Source: Trueperaceae bacterium
Lineage (GTDB): Bacteria; Deinococcota; Deinococci; Deinococcales; Trueperaceae
Length of the DNA stretch: 64,000 nt
NCBI GenBank assembly: GCA_034520945.1
Contig: JAXHNB010000006.1
Span: 576,001 to 640,000, forward strand
Direction of reading: 5' to 3'
The translations under genes were made by a program, and so were the position numbers. Shown one piece after another: positions 1-8,716 of this stretch. Under the pieces are notes generated by a model, which did no database searches, had not been told where the DNA came from, and saw only the letters and a list, made by a program, of their open reading frames with translations. How positions within the stretch are numbered: position 1 is the first letter of the stretch; every line of letters begins with the position of its first letter.

Positions 1-660
1 CGGATCGCCTTCGCGTAGCGCGCCGCCCTGGACCGGCAGCGGGGACAGGCCCACGTCGCGGAACGGTTCGGCCAGGTGGGTCAGGCCGCGAGGACCGATC
101 CCCGTCAGCAGCAGGGGCGTCGCCAGCGGCGCGGCGTCCGGCCCTGGCGGCGCCGGGACGTCGTCCCCCCGGTCGGCGGCCAGGTCGCGCATGGCTTCGA
201 TCGGCGTCGCCAGCGCCAAGCGGTGATCACTGCCGGGAAACGCGTACGCCAGTGCCCCCGCCAGGCGTTCGTCGCCCGCCGGCCCCAGGTAGATGGGGCT
301 TCCGCTCATCCCCGCCGCCACCCCGGCCGCCGCCAGCGCCTGGCCCGAGGTCCGCACCAGGAAGGGGGGGAGGGCGTCCACGCCCGGCGCGCGGCGTCCC
401 AGCACCTCGACCTCGAAGCGGACCAGCCCCTCGGGCGCCTGCGTCAGGCCGTAGCCGGTCATGCCGGCCCGTATCTCGTCGGCGGGCAGGTCGGTGACGC
501 CGGGCGGCGGGGCGGGTTGTGCCAAGCAGGCGCCCAGCCACAGCGCGGCCGCCAGGGTCAGGATCGAAGGAAGGCCCAGCCGCGTGCCGTCGCGGCGTGC
601 CGAGCCGGTACGGGCACGTCCGGCACGGGCACGTCCGGCGCCGTGAGCCGAGCCGCGCAT
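1..660 (-). CDS. SpoIVB-like peptidase S55 domain protein (3' part runs off the window)
   Basis: Translated by hand from ATG at 660, just after the mreB stop. It has a hydrophobic signal-like stretch LTLAAALWLGACLA, then DEIRAGMTGYGLT...FEVEVLG...GVAAGMSGSPIY...LAGALAYAF...ATPIEAM, which are S55 family motifs. Absent from the ORF track because it is truncated. Confidence 0.75.
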   Translation of the reverse strand, partial: MRGSAHGAGRARAGRARTGSARRDGTRLGLPSILTLAAALWLGACLAQPAPPPGVTDLPADEIRAGMTGYGLTQAPEGLVRFEVEVLGRRAPGVDALPPFLVRTSGQALAAAGVAAGMSGSPIYLGPAGDERLAGALAYAFPGSDHRLALATPIEAMRDLAADRGDDVPAPPGPDAAPLATPLLLTGIGPRGLTHLAEPFRDVGLSPLPVQGGALREGDP

Positions 661-661
661 G

Positions 662-1696
662 TCAGCGCCTGAGGAAGTTGTCGGAGATCAGCGCGTCCTG
701 CAACACGTGCAGCATGTCCAACGCCTTGCCGGTGCCGAGTGCGACGCTGTCGGTCGCGTTCTCGGCCACCATCACCGGAATGCCGGTGGTACGCCTGAGC
801 AGCTCGTCGAAGTTCCTGAGCAGCGCACCGCCGCCGGTCATGATGATGCCCCGGTCGATCACGTCGCTGACCAGTTCGGGCGGCGCGAGCTCCAACACGC
901 GCCGCACGCCGTCGGCGATCTTCTGGATCGGTTCTTCGAGCGCCTCGACGGTGTCCGAGGTGCGGAGGCGGATCGTCTTGGGGAGTCCGTTGATCAGGTC
1001 GCGACCGCGCACCTCGATCTCGTCGCTCTGTTCGTCCTCCGCCAGCATGGCGGCCCCGATCCGCATCTTGACCTCCTCGGCGGTACGGTCGCCCACCAGC
1101 AGGTTCTCCTTGTGGCGGATGTAGCGGATGATGGCCTCGTCGAACTCGTTGCCGGCGATGCGGAGGCTCTCGCTCACCACGATGCCGCCCAGGCTGATGA
1201 TCGCGATGTCGGTGGTGCCGCCCCCGATGTCCACGATCATCGATCCCGTCGGTTCGGCGATGTTCACGCCCGCGCCGACCGCTGCGGCCAGCGGCTCCTC
1301 GATCAGGAACGCCTTGCGGGCGCCGACCTCGCGCGTCGCCTGGAGCACCGCGCGGCGCTCCACCTCGGTCACGCCGGAGGGGACGCAGACCATGATGTGC
1401 GGACGAAAGAACCGCCCCGGTCCCGTCACCACCTTGCGTACGAACGCCTGCAACATCTTCTCGGTCAGGTCGTAGTCCGCGATCACGCCGTCCCGCATCG
1501 GACGCACCGCGACGATGTTGCCCGGCGTGCGGCCCAACATCCGGTACGCCTCGTTGCCCACGGCCTTCACCTCGCCCGTGTCGCGGACCATCGCGATCAC
1601 GGACGGTTCCCGCAACATGATCCCCTGTCCCTTGACGTAGATGAGGACGGTGGCCGTTCCCAGGTCGACGCCGATTTCCTGCCACGGTCTGAACAT
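662..1696 (-). CDS. mreB: Rod shape-determining actin homologue MreB
   Basis: IGVDLGTA, EPSVIA, IEEPLAAAVGAG, VDIGGGTTD and TGGGALL motifs. ATG at 1696 is preceded by AGGTGGGAG. Confidence 0.96.
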   Translation of the reverse strand: MFRPWQEIGVDLGTATVLIYVKGQGIMLREPSVIAMVRDTGEVKAVGNEAYRMLGRTPGNIVAVRPMRDGVIADYDLTEKMLQAFVRKVVTGPGRFFRPHIMVCVPSGVTEVERRAVLQATREVGARKAFLIEEPLAAAVGAGVNIAEPTGSMIVDIGGGTTDIAIISLGGIVVSESLRIAGNEFDEAIIRYIRHKENLLVGDRTAEEVKMRIGAAMLAEDEQSDEIEVRGRDLINGLPKTIRLRTSDTVEALEEPIQKIADGVRRVLELAPPELVSDVIDRGIIMTGGGALLRNFDELLRRTTGIPVMVAENATDSVALGTGKALDMLHVLQDALISDNFLRR

Positions 1697-1820
1697 CGCT
1701 AACACTCCCACCTAGGCGGCGGACCGAGGGCCCTGCCACGGCGTCTGGACGACGCCGGCGGGCGCACCGGTGGCGTGATTCGCCTGCGCCGGCCGCGTAT
1801 CCGAGCGACTATACCGCGGC

Positions 1821-2381
1821 TCACAGGTAGAGCGCCGTGGCCGGTTCCTCGCCGGGGGGGCGCCGTGCCGCCCAGGCCGCGTCCGGCGCGACGTCTTCCA
1901 GCCAGCGCGCGTCCGGCCAGGCGCGACGCACCTCCACGCGCGCGCGCTTCTGCGGGGCCTCCAGGCACTGCAGCGCGTCGTCCCCGGCGCGGCGCAGGTA
2001 GACGGCGGCGTACACGGCGTCGCGGCGGGCGTCGACGACGGCCACGCCGGTCTCGCCCGGCGCCAGCGCGCCGGCAGCCATCTGCGCCAACGTGCCGGCG
2101 CCCCCCAGCGGTACGTCCCAGGCCGTCGCCAGGGCGTGGGCCGCGGCCAGGCCGACCCGGACGCCGGTGTAGGAGCCGGGGCCGATGCCGACGGTGACGG
2201 CCCGCACCTCCCGGCGTTGGACCCCGGCCGTGGCGAACAACGCGTCCAGTTCAGGGATTAGCCGTGCGGCGTGGTCGCGCGCGACCTGCGGCGCGCGGCG
2301 CGCCAGGACGCCATGCTCGGGGGACCACAGGGCCAGCGCGAGGTACGGGGTGGCGGTGTCGAGGCCCAAACGCGCGCTCAC
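1821..2381 (-). CDS. tsaB: tRNA t6A biosynthesis protein TsaB
   Basis: LGLDTAT, VGIGPGSYTGVRVG, VDARRDAVY. Confidence 0.93.
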   Translation of the reverse strand: MSARLGLDTATPYLALALWSPEHGVLARRAPQVARDHAARLIPELDALFATAGVQRREVRAVTVGIGPGSYTGVRVGLAAAHALATAWDVPLGGAGTLAQMAAGALAPGETGVAVVDARRDAVYAAVYLRRAGDDALQCLEAPQKRARVEVRRAWPDARWLEDVAPDAAWAARRPPGEEPATALYL

Positions 2382-2812
2382 CCGGTCATGCTACCCGCCG
2401 GGGGCCGCAGGACCGCCGTCCGGCCGGGCCTGTCGCTTGGACGTGCCAACTGCAGGTGCCACGCCTCGGGGTAGACGTCGGCCAGCGTCCCGCCCCACTC
2501 GACGACCACCAGTCGTGCGCGTTCGAGGTAGTCCTCCAGCCCCATCTCCATGAGCACCCGGGCGTCCGGAAGCCGGTAGGCGTCGACGTGCACGATCGTT
2601 CCCGCCGGCGTGGGGTACTCGTGGACCAGCGTGTAGCTGGGGCTGGACGTCCGATCGGGCCCGCCGAGTGCCGCCACCAAGCCGGCGACCAGGGTGGTCT
2701 TGCCCGCCCCCAACGGGCCGTCGATCAACAGCAGCGCACCGGGAGGCAGTCGCTCGGCCAGGTCGGACGCGAACGCATGCGTCGCGGCGGCGTCAGGAAG
2801 CGTCCGTTGCAT
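2378..2812 (-). CDS. tsaE: tRNA t6A biosynthesis ATPase TsaE
   Basis: GPLGAGKTT, SSPSYTLVHEY, HVDAYRL, VVEW. Start moved to the ATG at 2812 (MQRTLP). ATGA overlap with tsaB. Confidence 0.94.
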   Translation of the reverse strand: MQRTLPDAAATHAFASDLAERLPPGALLLIDGPLGAGKTTLVAGLVAALGGPDRTSSPSYTLVHEYPTPAGTIVHVDAYRLPDARVLMEMGLEDYLERARLVVVEWGGTLADVYPEAWHLQLARPSDRPGRTAVLRPPAGSMTG

Positions 2813-5612
2813 CGTCTTCGTGTTCGGCGCCCGGGTTGCGCGCGCGCCGGACGGCGTCCCGCCACGACGCCTCGCGTCGGAGCTCGCGCAGCAGCAGGCC
2901 CAGCGCGGCCGGGTCGGGCGTCGCCAGCAGTGCGGTCGCATCCGGCGCGTGCCCCAGCAACACCGCACGCTCAGGCCCTTCGAGGCTCACGACGCGGGGG
3001 CGGCCCAACCCCCACGCCGAACCGAGGCGCGTCAGATCGCGCAGCACGCGCTGCGTCGCGGTCGCCACGGCCGCGCGACGTTCCGCCGGCTCCGGGAGGC
3101 CCCGTCCCGCCACCACGCCGACCTCGGGCGCCAGCAGCGCGGCGCAGGCGACACCGTCGGCCTCGCCGTGGCGCGCCACCCAATCGTCCGCGGTCTCCTC
3201 CTGCGTGTCGTCGGGCGCGCCCCGGGCGTCGTCCGCGGGTCGCTCGGGACGTCCTTCGGCGGGGCCGAACAGGCCCAGCACGTCCGTGAATTCTCCGCCC
3301 GTCATCAGCCTGTCGGCGATGGCGCGGGTGGCGCGCTCCTCCTCCTCGAGCTTGGCGAGCAGGTCCTCGGCCTCCTGCAACGAGCGCTCCAGCCCCGCCC
3401 GCAGGCCAGGCGAGATGCGACCGAAGGCGCCCCGTTGGGCGTCGAGGTGCCCGAGGATGCGGCGCACCGTCGCGACGTCTTCGCTGTTCAGGCGCTCTAC
3501 CGTCCGAAACGTCTCCAGGGCCGCGTCCAAGCGCGGCATGAACCCCTCGATGCGGGTCCGCAGCGTGGACTCCAGCGCGTCGACGGCGCCGTCCGCCCGG
3601 TCCAGGACCGCCGCGGACGACGTGCCGTCCACCAACCCCTGTCGGGCGTCGCTCAACGCGTGGGCGAGCGCGGCCTCTTGCCCATCGTCGATGCCGGAGA
3701 GGCGCTCGGCGACGCGCTCGAGCGCGTGCAAGCGCTCCAGTTGCGCGGCGCGTGCCGCCTCGCGGGCGTCGCCCAGTTGGCGCAGGACGGCGGAGATCTC
3801 CGGATCGGCGCCGTCCTCCAAGCGTTCGTTGGCGGCGCGGACGGCCTCGAGAACGTCCGTGAGCGACCAGTGGGCCGCCTCCTGCCCCATGCGTTCCAAG
3901 CGTGCGCGGGCGTCCGCATGCGCGCGGTCGACGAAGTCGGCGACGCTCGCCGCGCCGGACGCGAGCTCCTCCTCGTCCGGCGGTGTCGTCAGCCACGCCT
4001 CGAGATCCTGCTGGAGGGCGCGGGCGCCGTCGGGATCGAGGGTCATGGGGAGGCCGTCGAGGGTGGACAGCAGGGCACGCACCTGCAGCTGCACGTGCGC
4101 TTCTTCGTCGCTACCGGACGCCTGCGCCGCCAGCGCATCGCCCGCCTCGCGTACCGCGCCGGCGGCCTCGTCATCGATCCGCTCCTCGGCCTGGGCGGCA
4201 CGAAGCGCTTCCAGCGCCTCCTGGTAGCGCCCCAGCACCTGCTCGTCGGCATGGGGCGCGTAGCGGAGGTAGTCCTGTCGGGCGCGGGTCAGGAACTCCC
4301 CTTGGGCGTCCAAGCGCTGCCGTGTTTCGGCCGCGTCGTGCTCCGCATGCTCGTCCTCGCGGCGTGCCCGGCGCATGGCGAGGTCCAACAGGTCCCGAAA
4401 CCGCACCAGGTCGGCCAGGCGCGGCAGGCCGTCGTCCAGCGTCTCGCGGAGCAGGGCGAGCTCGCTCCGCACGTCGTCGCCGTCGGCGTCGGGATGGGCC
4501 GCCAGGAACGCGTCGGCTTCGTCCAGCTCCGCCGCCAGTTCGGCCAGCCGGGCCGATTCGGCCTCGTCCAGCTCGGCCCGGAGCGCGTCGATCCCCGCCT
4601 GGGGCGGCCTGCCCTCCTCGAGGGCCGCGCGCGTCGCCCGGACCTTCTCGCCCACGTCGTCGCGGTGCTCGAGCAGCACGGCGCGTTCCCGGGCCAGCGC
4701 GTCCAGCTCCTGCGTGTCGGCCTCGCGCTCGAGGGCCTTCAGGCGCGCGTCGAGCGCTTCGTCGCCGGCGTCGTGCTCCTCCTGGTACACGCTGGAGGCC
4801 ATCAGCTTGCGCAGGTCGAAGGTCACCCGCTGCGCCCGCTCGATCTCCGCCTCCGCGAGCTGGCGCGACGCCTGCGCTTCGCGGACGTGCCGCAACAGGG
4901 TGTCGAGTCGGCGGACCTTGGCGCCGCCGAGACCCTTGACCTCTTCGAACGTCTCCTCGAGCTCCGCCAGCGAGCGCGCCTGGAGGACGAGGGCGTCCTC
5001 CAACTTCTGATGGACGACGTTCAGCTGCGTGTCCGCCTCTTCGAGCGGGCCCACCGGGCGGTCGCCCCGGGCCAGCTCGCCCTCGATCCGCGTCAGGAGC
5101 GCGCGCAGGCGACGGACTTCGGGCCACTCGAAGTAGAGGTTGAACGGGCGCATCGCGTCCCGCAGCCGCGCCAGTTCGGCGCGTTCGGGCGCGTCCTCGG
5201 GCACCGCGCTCGGGGCCTCCTCTGGGCCGTTCCCACCGGCATGCTCCCCGTCGCGTTCCGCGCCGTCCTCCGCGTCCTCCGGCGGGGCCGATGGGGCCGC
5301 CTCGCGCGTCGGGGCGGCCCCGTGCGGCGAGGCGACCTCCGTGTCGCCCTCGTGCCCGGCGCCGGCGCGGTCCAGGCCCGCGAGCTCGTCCAGGATCTCT
5401 CGAACCACCTCGCGGGCGCGGTCGGGCGGCATCACGACCTGCAACTGCTTGAACACGTCGTTCTGCAAGATCGGTGCCAGGTCGTCCGGGGCCACGGTCT
5501 CGGGCGTGAGACCTGCGGGCTGCATGGCCATCCGCAGCGTGCGGGAGACGACCCGTGGCGACAGCCAGCGTTCCAGCGCCGCGACGCACGTTCGGTAGGC
5601 GGGGGAGATCAT
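2793..5612 (-). CDS. 939-aa protein: unnamed N-terminal domain, long acidic coiled coil, C-terminal Roadblock/LC7 (MglB-like) domain
   Basis: Long ORF with typical codon usage and GGAG upstream. Heptad-rich E/A/L/R body. The last ~110 aa (GVACAALLAPEVGVVAG...VVSLEGPERAVLLG...ALLATPDPAALGLL) fit the Roadblock pattern. Confidence 0.8.
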   Translation of the reverse strand: MISPAYRTCVAALERWLSPRVVSRTLRMAMQPAGLTPETVAPDDLAPILQNDVFKQLQVVMPPDRAREVVREILDELAGLDRAGAGHEGDTEVASPHGAAPTREAAPSAPPEDAEDGAERDGEHAGGNGPEEAPSAVPEDAPERAELARLRDAMRPFNLYFEWPEVRRLRALLTRIEGELARGDRPVGPLEEADTQLNVVHQKLEDALVLQARSLAELEETFEEVKGLGGAKVRRLDTLLRHVREAQASRQLAEAEIERAQRVTFDLRKLMASSVYQEEHDAGDEALDARLKALEREADTQELDALARERAVLLEHRDDVGEKVRATRAALEEGRPPQAGIDALRAELDEAESARLAELAAELDEADAFLAAHPDADGDDVRSELALLRETLDDGLPRLADLVRFRDLLDLAMRRARREDEHAEHDAAETRQRLDAQGEFLTRARQDYLRYAPHADEQVLGRYQEALEALRAAQAEERIDDEAAGAVREAGDALAAQASGSDEEAHVQLQVRALLSTLDGLPMTLDPDGARALQQDLEAWLTTPPDEEELASGAASVADFVDRAHADARARLERMGQEAAHWSLTDVLEAVRAANERLEDGADPEISAVLRQLGDAREAARAAQLERLHALERVAERLSGIDDGQEAALAHALSDARQGLVDGTSSAAVLDRADGAVDALESTLRTRIEGFMPRLDAALETFRTVERLNSEDVATVRRILGHLDAQRGAFGRISPGLRAGLERSLQEAEDLLAKLEEEERATRAIADRLMTGGEFTDVLGLFGPAEGRPERPADDARGAPDDTQEETADDWVARHGEADGVACAALLAPEVGVVAGRGLPEPAERRAAVATATQRVLRDLTRLGSAWGLGRPRVVSLEGPERAVLLGHAPDATALLATPDPAALGLLLRELRREASWRDAVRRARNPGAEHEDDATDAS

Positions 5613-5631
5613 GGGTCCGATGCTCCAGGGT

Positions 5632-7590
5632 TCAGAAGTCGTCGTCCCAATCGACCAGCGTGTCGTCTCCGGTCTTCGTGCTGGTGTCGCGTGCGGGCGT
5701 GGCGCGCCGCTTGCGGCCGACGACGCCGAACTGGACGCAGATGCCGTACAGGCCGGCCGTGGCCAGCAGCAGGGCCAACAATGTCAGTACGCCCCACACC
5801 ATTTGGGTGAGGTCGTTCTGGAACACCGACCATGCGGTCAGCGAAGCCAGGGCCGGCACGCCCAACGGGCTGGCCAGCAGCGCGCCGGCGGCGGCGATGC
5901 CCTCGTAGTAGATCGGGATGAACAGGAACAACAGCGCCGTGCCGATCAGACGCCAATTGCGATTGGCCCCGCCGAACGCCAGGTCCAGGAGGCGCAGAGG
6001 GATCAGCGCCAGGAGCGCCAGCACGATCATGGCGGCCGGGCGGATCGGGCCGGACCAGGCGTCGCTGGCCGTGTCGACCAGGACGTGGCTGGAGGGGACG
6101 ACGCCGCCACGAAGCCGGTCGGAGACGGCCTGCAATTCGCTGGCGAGCAGGGCAGCGTCGGAAGCGCGGAGGCTGGGGGCGCGGTCCAGGCGCTCCAGCA
6201 GGGCCATCAGCGCGTCGTCCGCGTCGGCCGCGGCGCGCCTGGTGACGGGTTGGAGCGAGGTGCGGTACTGCGCCTCCAGCTCGCGCAGGCGCGCGCGGGC
6301 CATCCGTGGTTCGCCGCGCAGCACGTGGGCGGACACCCGGTTGGCGAGGGCGGCGAGGTCCTGCTCGACCTCCGAGACCGAACGGACCCCGGCCTCGTAC
6401 AGCTGCCGGACGAGGTCTTCGCGCGGTCCGTCCGCGAGGTCGAACGCGGCGAGGTCCTCGTCGAGCGCGCGCCGCGCATCCGCCGCGCGCTCGGCTTCGA
6501 GTTCGGTCGCCACCTGCGCCCGCACGGCGGGGTCGATGTCGGAGACCTCGGCTGGGGCGGCCTCGCCGTCCTCCGGCGCGCCCTCCGGCGGCGGGGCCTG
6601 CGCTTCCGCGTCCTGGACGGCGCCGTCTTCCTGGGTGGCCTGGTCCTGGCCCGCGTCTTCCGGTGGGGCGTCCTCCTGCGCGACGCCTTCGCCCTCCACC
6701 GGCGCTTCTTCCTCGGCCGGCGCCTCCTCCTCGGGCGCGTCCTGCGCTGCCGGCGCTTGCTCGCTGGGCAGCTCCGCCACCGCCCCGCCGTCGGTCTCGG
6801 GTCCGGCCTCGGGGGTCGCACCTTCGTCGGCGGCGGTCTGCAGGGCTCGCAGATCCTCGCCCAGCGTCGCCAGGCGCGACGCGTACGTCTCGGCGTCGCC
6901 GTCGACCAGGGCGCCCGCTGCCTCCACGAAGCGGCGGTTGCTCTGTGGGTCGACACGGGACGAATCTTGCACCAACAGGTAATCCCCGTAGGCCTCGGCC
7001 AAGGTGCGGTACGCGGCGTCCCGGTCGCTCGGCGGCGCCTGCTCGGCGAGGGCGGTCAGGCGGGCCCCGACCTGCTCGGCGACGCCGGCCTCCAGCACGC
7101 GCCGCAGCGGGCCGGGCTCGGCGCGTTGCTCGAGCTGCTCCAAGCGGGCCTCGCCCAGGCCCAGGTCGTCCGCCAACCGCAGGAGCCGGGCGCGGGCCAG
7201 CGCCTCCTCGCCGCTGACGGCGGCCGACAGGGCCGACTCGTACAACAGGCGTTGGAACCCGCCGCGAAGCACCGCGGTCTGGACCGCAAGGTCGGTGTGG
7301 CTGCGGTTGTCGATGGCGGTCCGGGCGCGCTCGAACACGCGGTCGAGCGACTCGGTCAGGCTGCTGCTGCTTCCGCGGGACAGCGTCAGCAGCGCGCTGA
7401 ACGCCTGGTCCAGCGCGTTGCGCGAGGCGGCGGCGTCGTCCTGGAGCGTGGCGACCGCCACCGCGAGGTTCTCCGTGGCCAGCCCGTAGCGCTGCAGGAC
7501 GTCGTCCTCCGGCGGCGCCTCCTGCGCCCATGCGGCGGACAGGGCGAGGACGGCAAGGAGGCCGACGGCGAATGAGCGGACGATGGTCAT
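5632..7590 (-). CDS. Hypothetical membrane protein: signal peptide, large helical extracytoplasmic region, C-terminal multi-TM block, acidic tail
   Basis: Starts MTIVRSFAVGLLAVLALSAAWAQ (AxA signal) with GGAGGA SD and an ATGA overlap with the upstream gene. Acidic linker, 3-4 hydrophobic helices near the C terminus, ends VDWDDDF. Confidence 0.82.
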   Translation of the reverse strand: MTIVRSFAVGLLAVLALSAAWAQEAPPEDDVLQRYGLATENLAVAVATLQDDAAASRNALDQAFSALLTLSRGSSSSLTESLDRVFERARTAIDNRSHTDLAVQTAVLRGGFQRLLYESALSAAVSGEEALARARLLRLADDLGLGEARLEQLEQRAEPGPLRRVLEAGVAEQVGARLTALAEQAPPSDRDAAYRTLAEAYGDYLLVQDSSRVDPQSNRRFVEAAGALVDGDAETYASRLATLGEDLRALQTAADEGATPEAGPETDGGAVAELPSEQAPAAQDAPEEEAPAEEEAPVEGEGVAQEDAPPEDAGQDQATQEDGAVQDAEAQAPPPEGAPEDGEAAPAEVSDIDPAVRAQVATELEAERAADARRALDEDLAAFDLADGPREDLVRQLYEAGVRSVSEVEQDLAALANRVSAHVLRGEPRMARARLRELEAQYRTSLQPVTRRAAADADDALMALLERLDRAPSLRASDAALLASELQAVSDRLRGGVVPSSHVLVDTASDAWSGPIRPAAMIVLALLALIPLRLLDLAFGGANRNWRLIGTALLFLFIPIYYEGIAAAGALLASPLGVPALASLTAWSVFQNDLTQMVWGVLTLLALLLATAGLYGICVQFGVVGRKRRATPARDTSTKTGDDTLVDWDDDF

Positions 7591-8447
7591 GGTTCCTCCT
7601 CCAGCGCACGGAACGTCGCGCGGATCGCTCCGAGATTCATCGTGTCGGCGCCGGCCACGGCCAGCGCGGCGTTGCCGTCGAAGGCGACCAGAACGTGCCC
7701 GGTGCCGTGTTGGACGTGCAGCCCACGAAGCGTTCCGTGCCGCGAGAGCACGCGCGCGATGGGGCCGAGCGCGCCGGCGACCCGGGCCGGGTCGGGTCCC
7801 CGACCGCGTCCTTCCGGCGGGTGCGCAGGCGCGACCCACACCCACTGCCGCACGTCGTCACGCTCGGCCAAGCGCGCGAGGATCGGTGCGGGCGGGGCGG
7901 TCCGCGTCCGCGTGGGGGGTGGGGCCGATGCAGGTGCCGCGGGGGGCGTGGCGACGGGATGCGCGACCGTTCCCGAGGGCGGCGCCGCCGGCTGCGGGCC
8001 GGCGGGCGTCGAGGTGGGACGGGGGACGGGTGGGGGATCGGTCGCGATGGGGAAGACCTGCCGGCGGGCCTCGTCCGAGGCGACGTCGGCCGGCTCCAGC
8101 TGCCAGGCCACCTCGCGGTGGGCGGGGACCGTGTCGTCGGGCCCCGGCGACGCCGGTCGGTCGACCTCCTCGGCCGCCGGGGGGCGGTCGCGGGCCGGTG
8201 CGCCGCCCTGCGCCCGCACTTCGGCGTCCAACGCCTTCAAGGAACGGCGCAGGCCGCGGCGCGGCAGCGTGCGTTCCAGGTCGCGTCGGATCGTGCCGCG
8301 CAGGAGCCGGCTCATGGTGCGAGCATCCACCGTGTCGGGCGTCGCGCCCGCCGACGCGAGGCCGCGCGCCAGGATGCCGTCCACCACGCGGGGCGACACG
8401 AGGACGCACAGGCCGTCCCGGGTCGTCTTGTAGATCGCGTTGGCCAC
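7587..8447 (-). CDS. Protein with the same unnamed N-terminal domain, a Pro-rich linker and a C-terminal Roadblock-like domain
   Basis: GTG at 8447 after GAGGAG. The track's ATG at 8516 lies inside a TATCAT -10-like box. The C terminus (LRGLHVQHGTGHVLVAF..AALAVAGADTMNLGAI) fits Roadblock. Confidence 0.78.
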   Translation of the reverse strand: MANAIYKTTRDGLCVLVSPRVVDGILARGLASAGATPDTVDARTMSRLLRGTIRRDLERTLPRRGLRRSLKALDAEVRAQGGAPARDRPPAAEEVDRPASPGPDDTVPAHREVAWQLEPADVASDEARRQVFPIATDPPPVPRPTSTPAGPQPAAPPSGTVAHPVATPPAAPASAPPPTRTRTAPPAPILARLAERDDVRQWVWVAPAHPPEGRGRGPDPARVAGALGPIARVLSRHGTLRGLHVQHGTGHVLVAFDGNAALAVAGADTMNLGAIRATFRALEEEP

Positions 8448-8546
8448 TTGGGCTCCTCGCTGCGTGGGATCGCCCTCCGCCGCCGGGGCGAAGGACGTGC
8501 CATCGGACCGGCTCATGATAGGCCGCCATCGCGGTCCCAGCCTGTG

Positions 8547-8713
8547 AAAAAGGCGGCCCCACGAAGACGGGTCGACTCACCCGCCAGAGACCGGCGGGAG
8601 GGACGCCACGGTGTCGTCCTCGGCCCGGGGCCTCGACTCGGGGGCGCACGCCTCGTTCAGCGCGGCCAGGTCGCCGTCCGAGCCAAGGCTCTTGGTCCCT
8701 CCCTCGGGCCGGC
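8547..8713 (-). ncRNA. Candidate structured RNA (rod-like fold followed by a terminator-like U-tract) downstream of hrcA
   Basis: Nested stems GGGAGGGAC/GUCCCUCCC, CCUUGGCUCGG/CCGGGCCGAGG, CGAC/GUCG and CGCGCU/GGCGUG. G-U pairs form only on the minus strand. Followed by GGCGG...CCGCC-UUUUU. Confidence 0.45.
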
Positions 8714-8716
8714 GTG

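Noticed and set aside
1699..1708. CTAACACTC upstream of mreB resembles half of a CIRCE element (hrcA is in the window)
   Set aside because: There is no matching second half at 9-nt spacing, and it overlaps the SD. No complete CIRCE was seen anywhere in the window.
2694..7575. Very long plus-strand ORFs (1038 aa, 654 aa) and similar long antisense ORFs throughout the window
   Set aside because: They are shadow ORFs of real genes on the opposite strand. Stop codons are scarce at this GC content and no motifs are recognisable.
8581..8596. GCCAGAGACCGGC resembles the 3' end of a cobalamin riboswitch
   Set aside because: The upstream core motifs are missing and no plus-strand gene follows.
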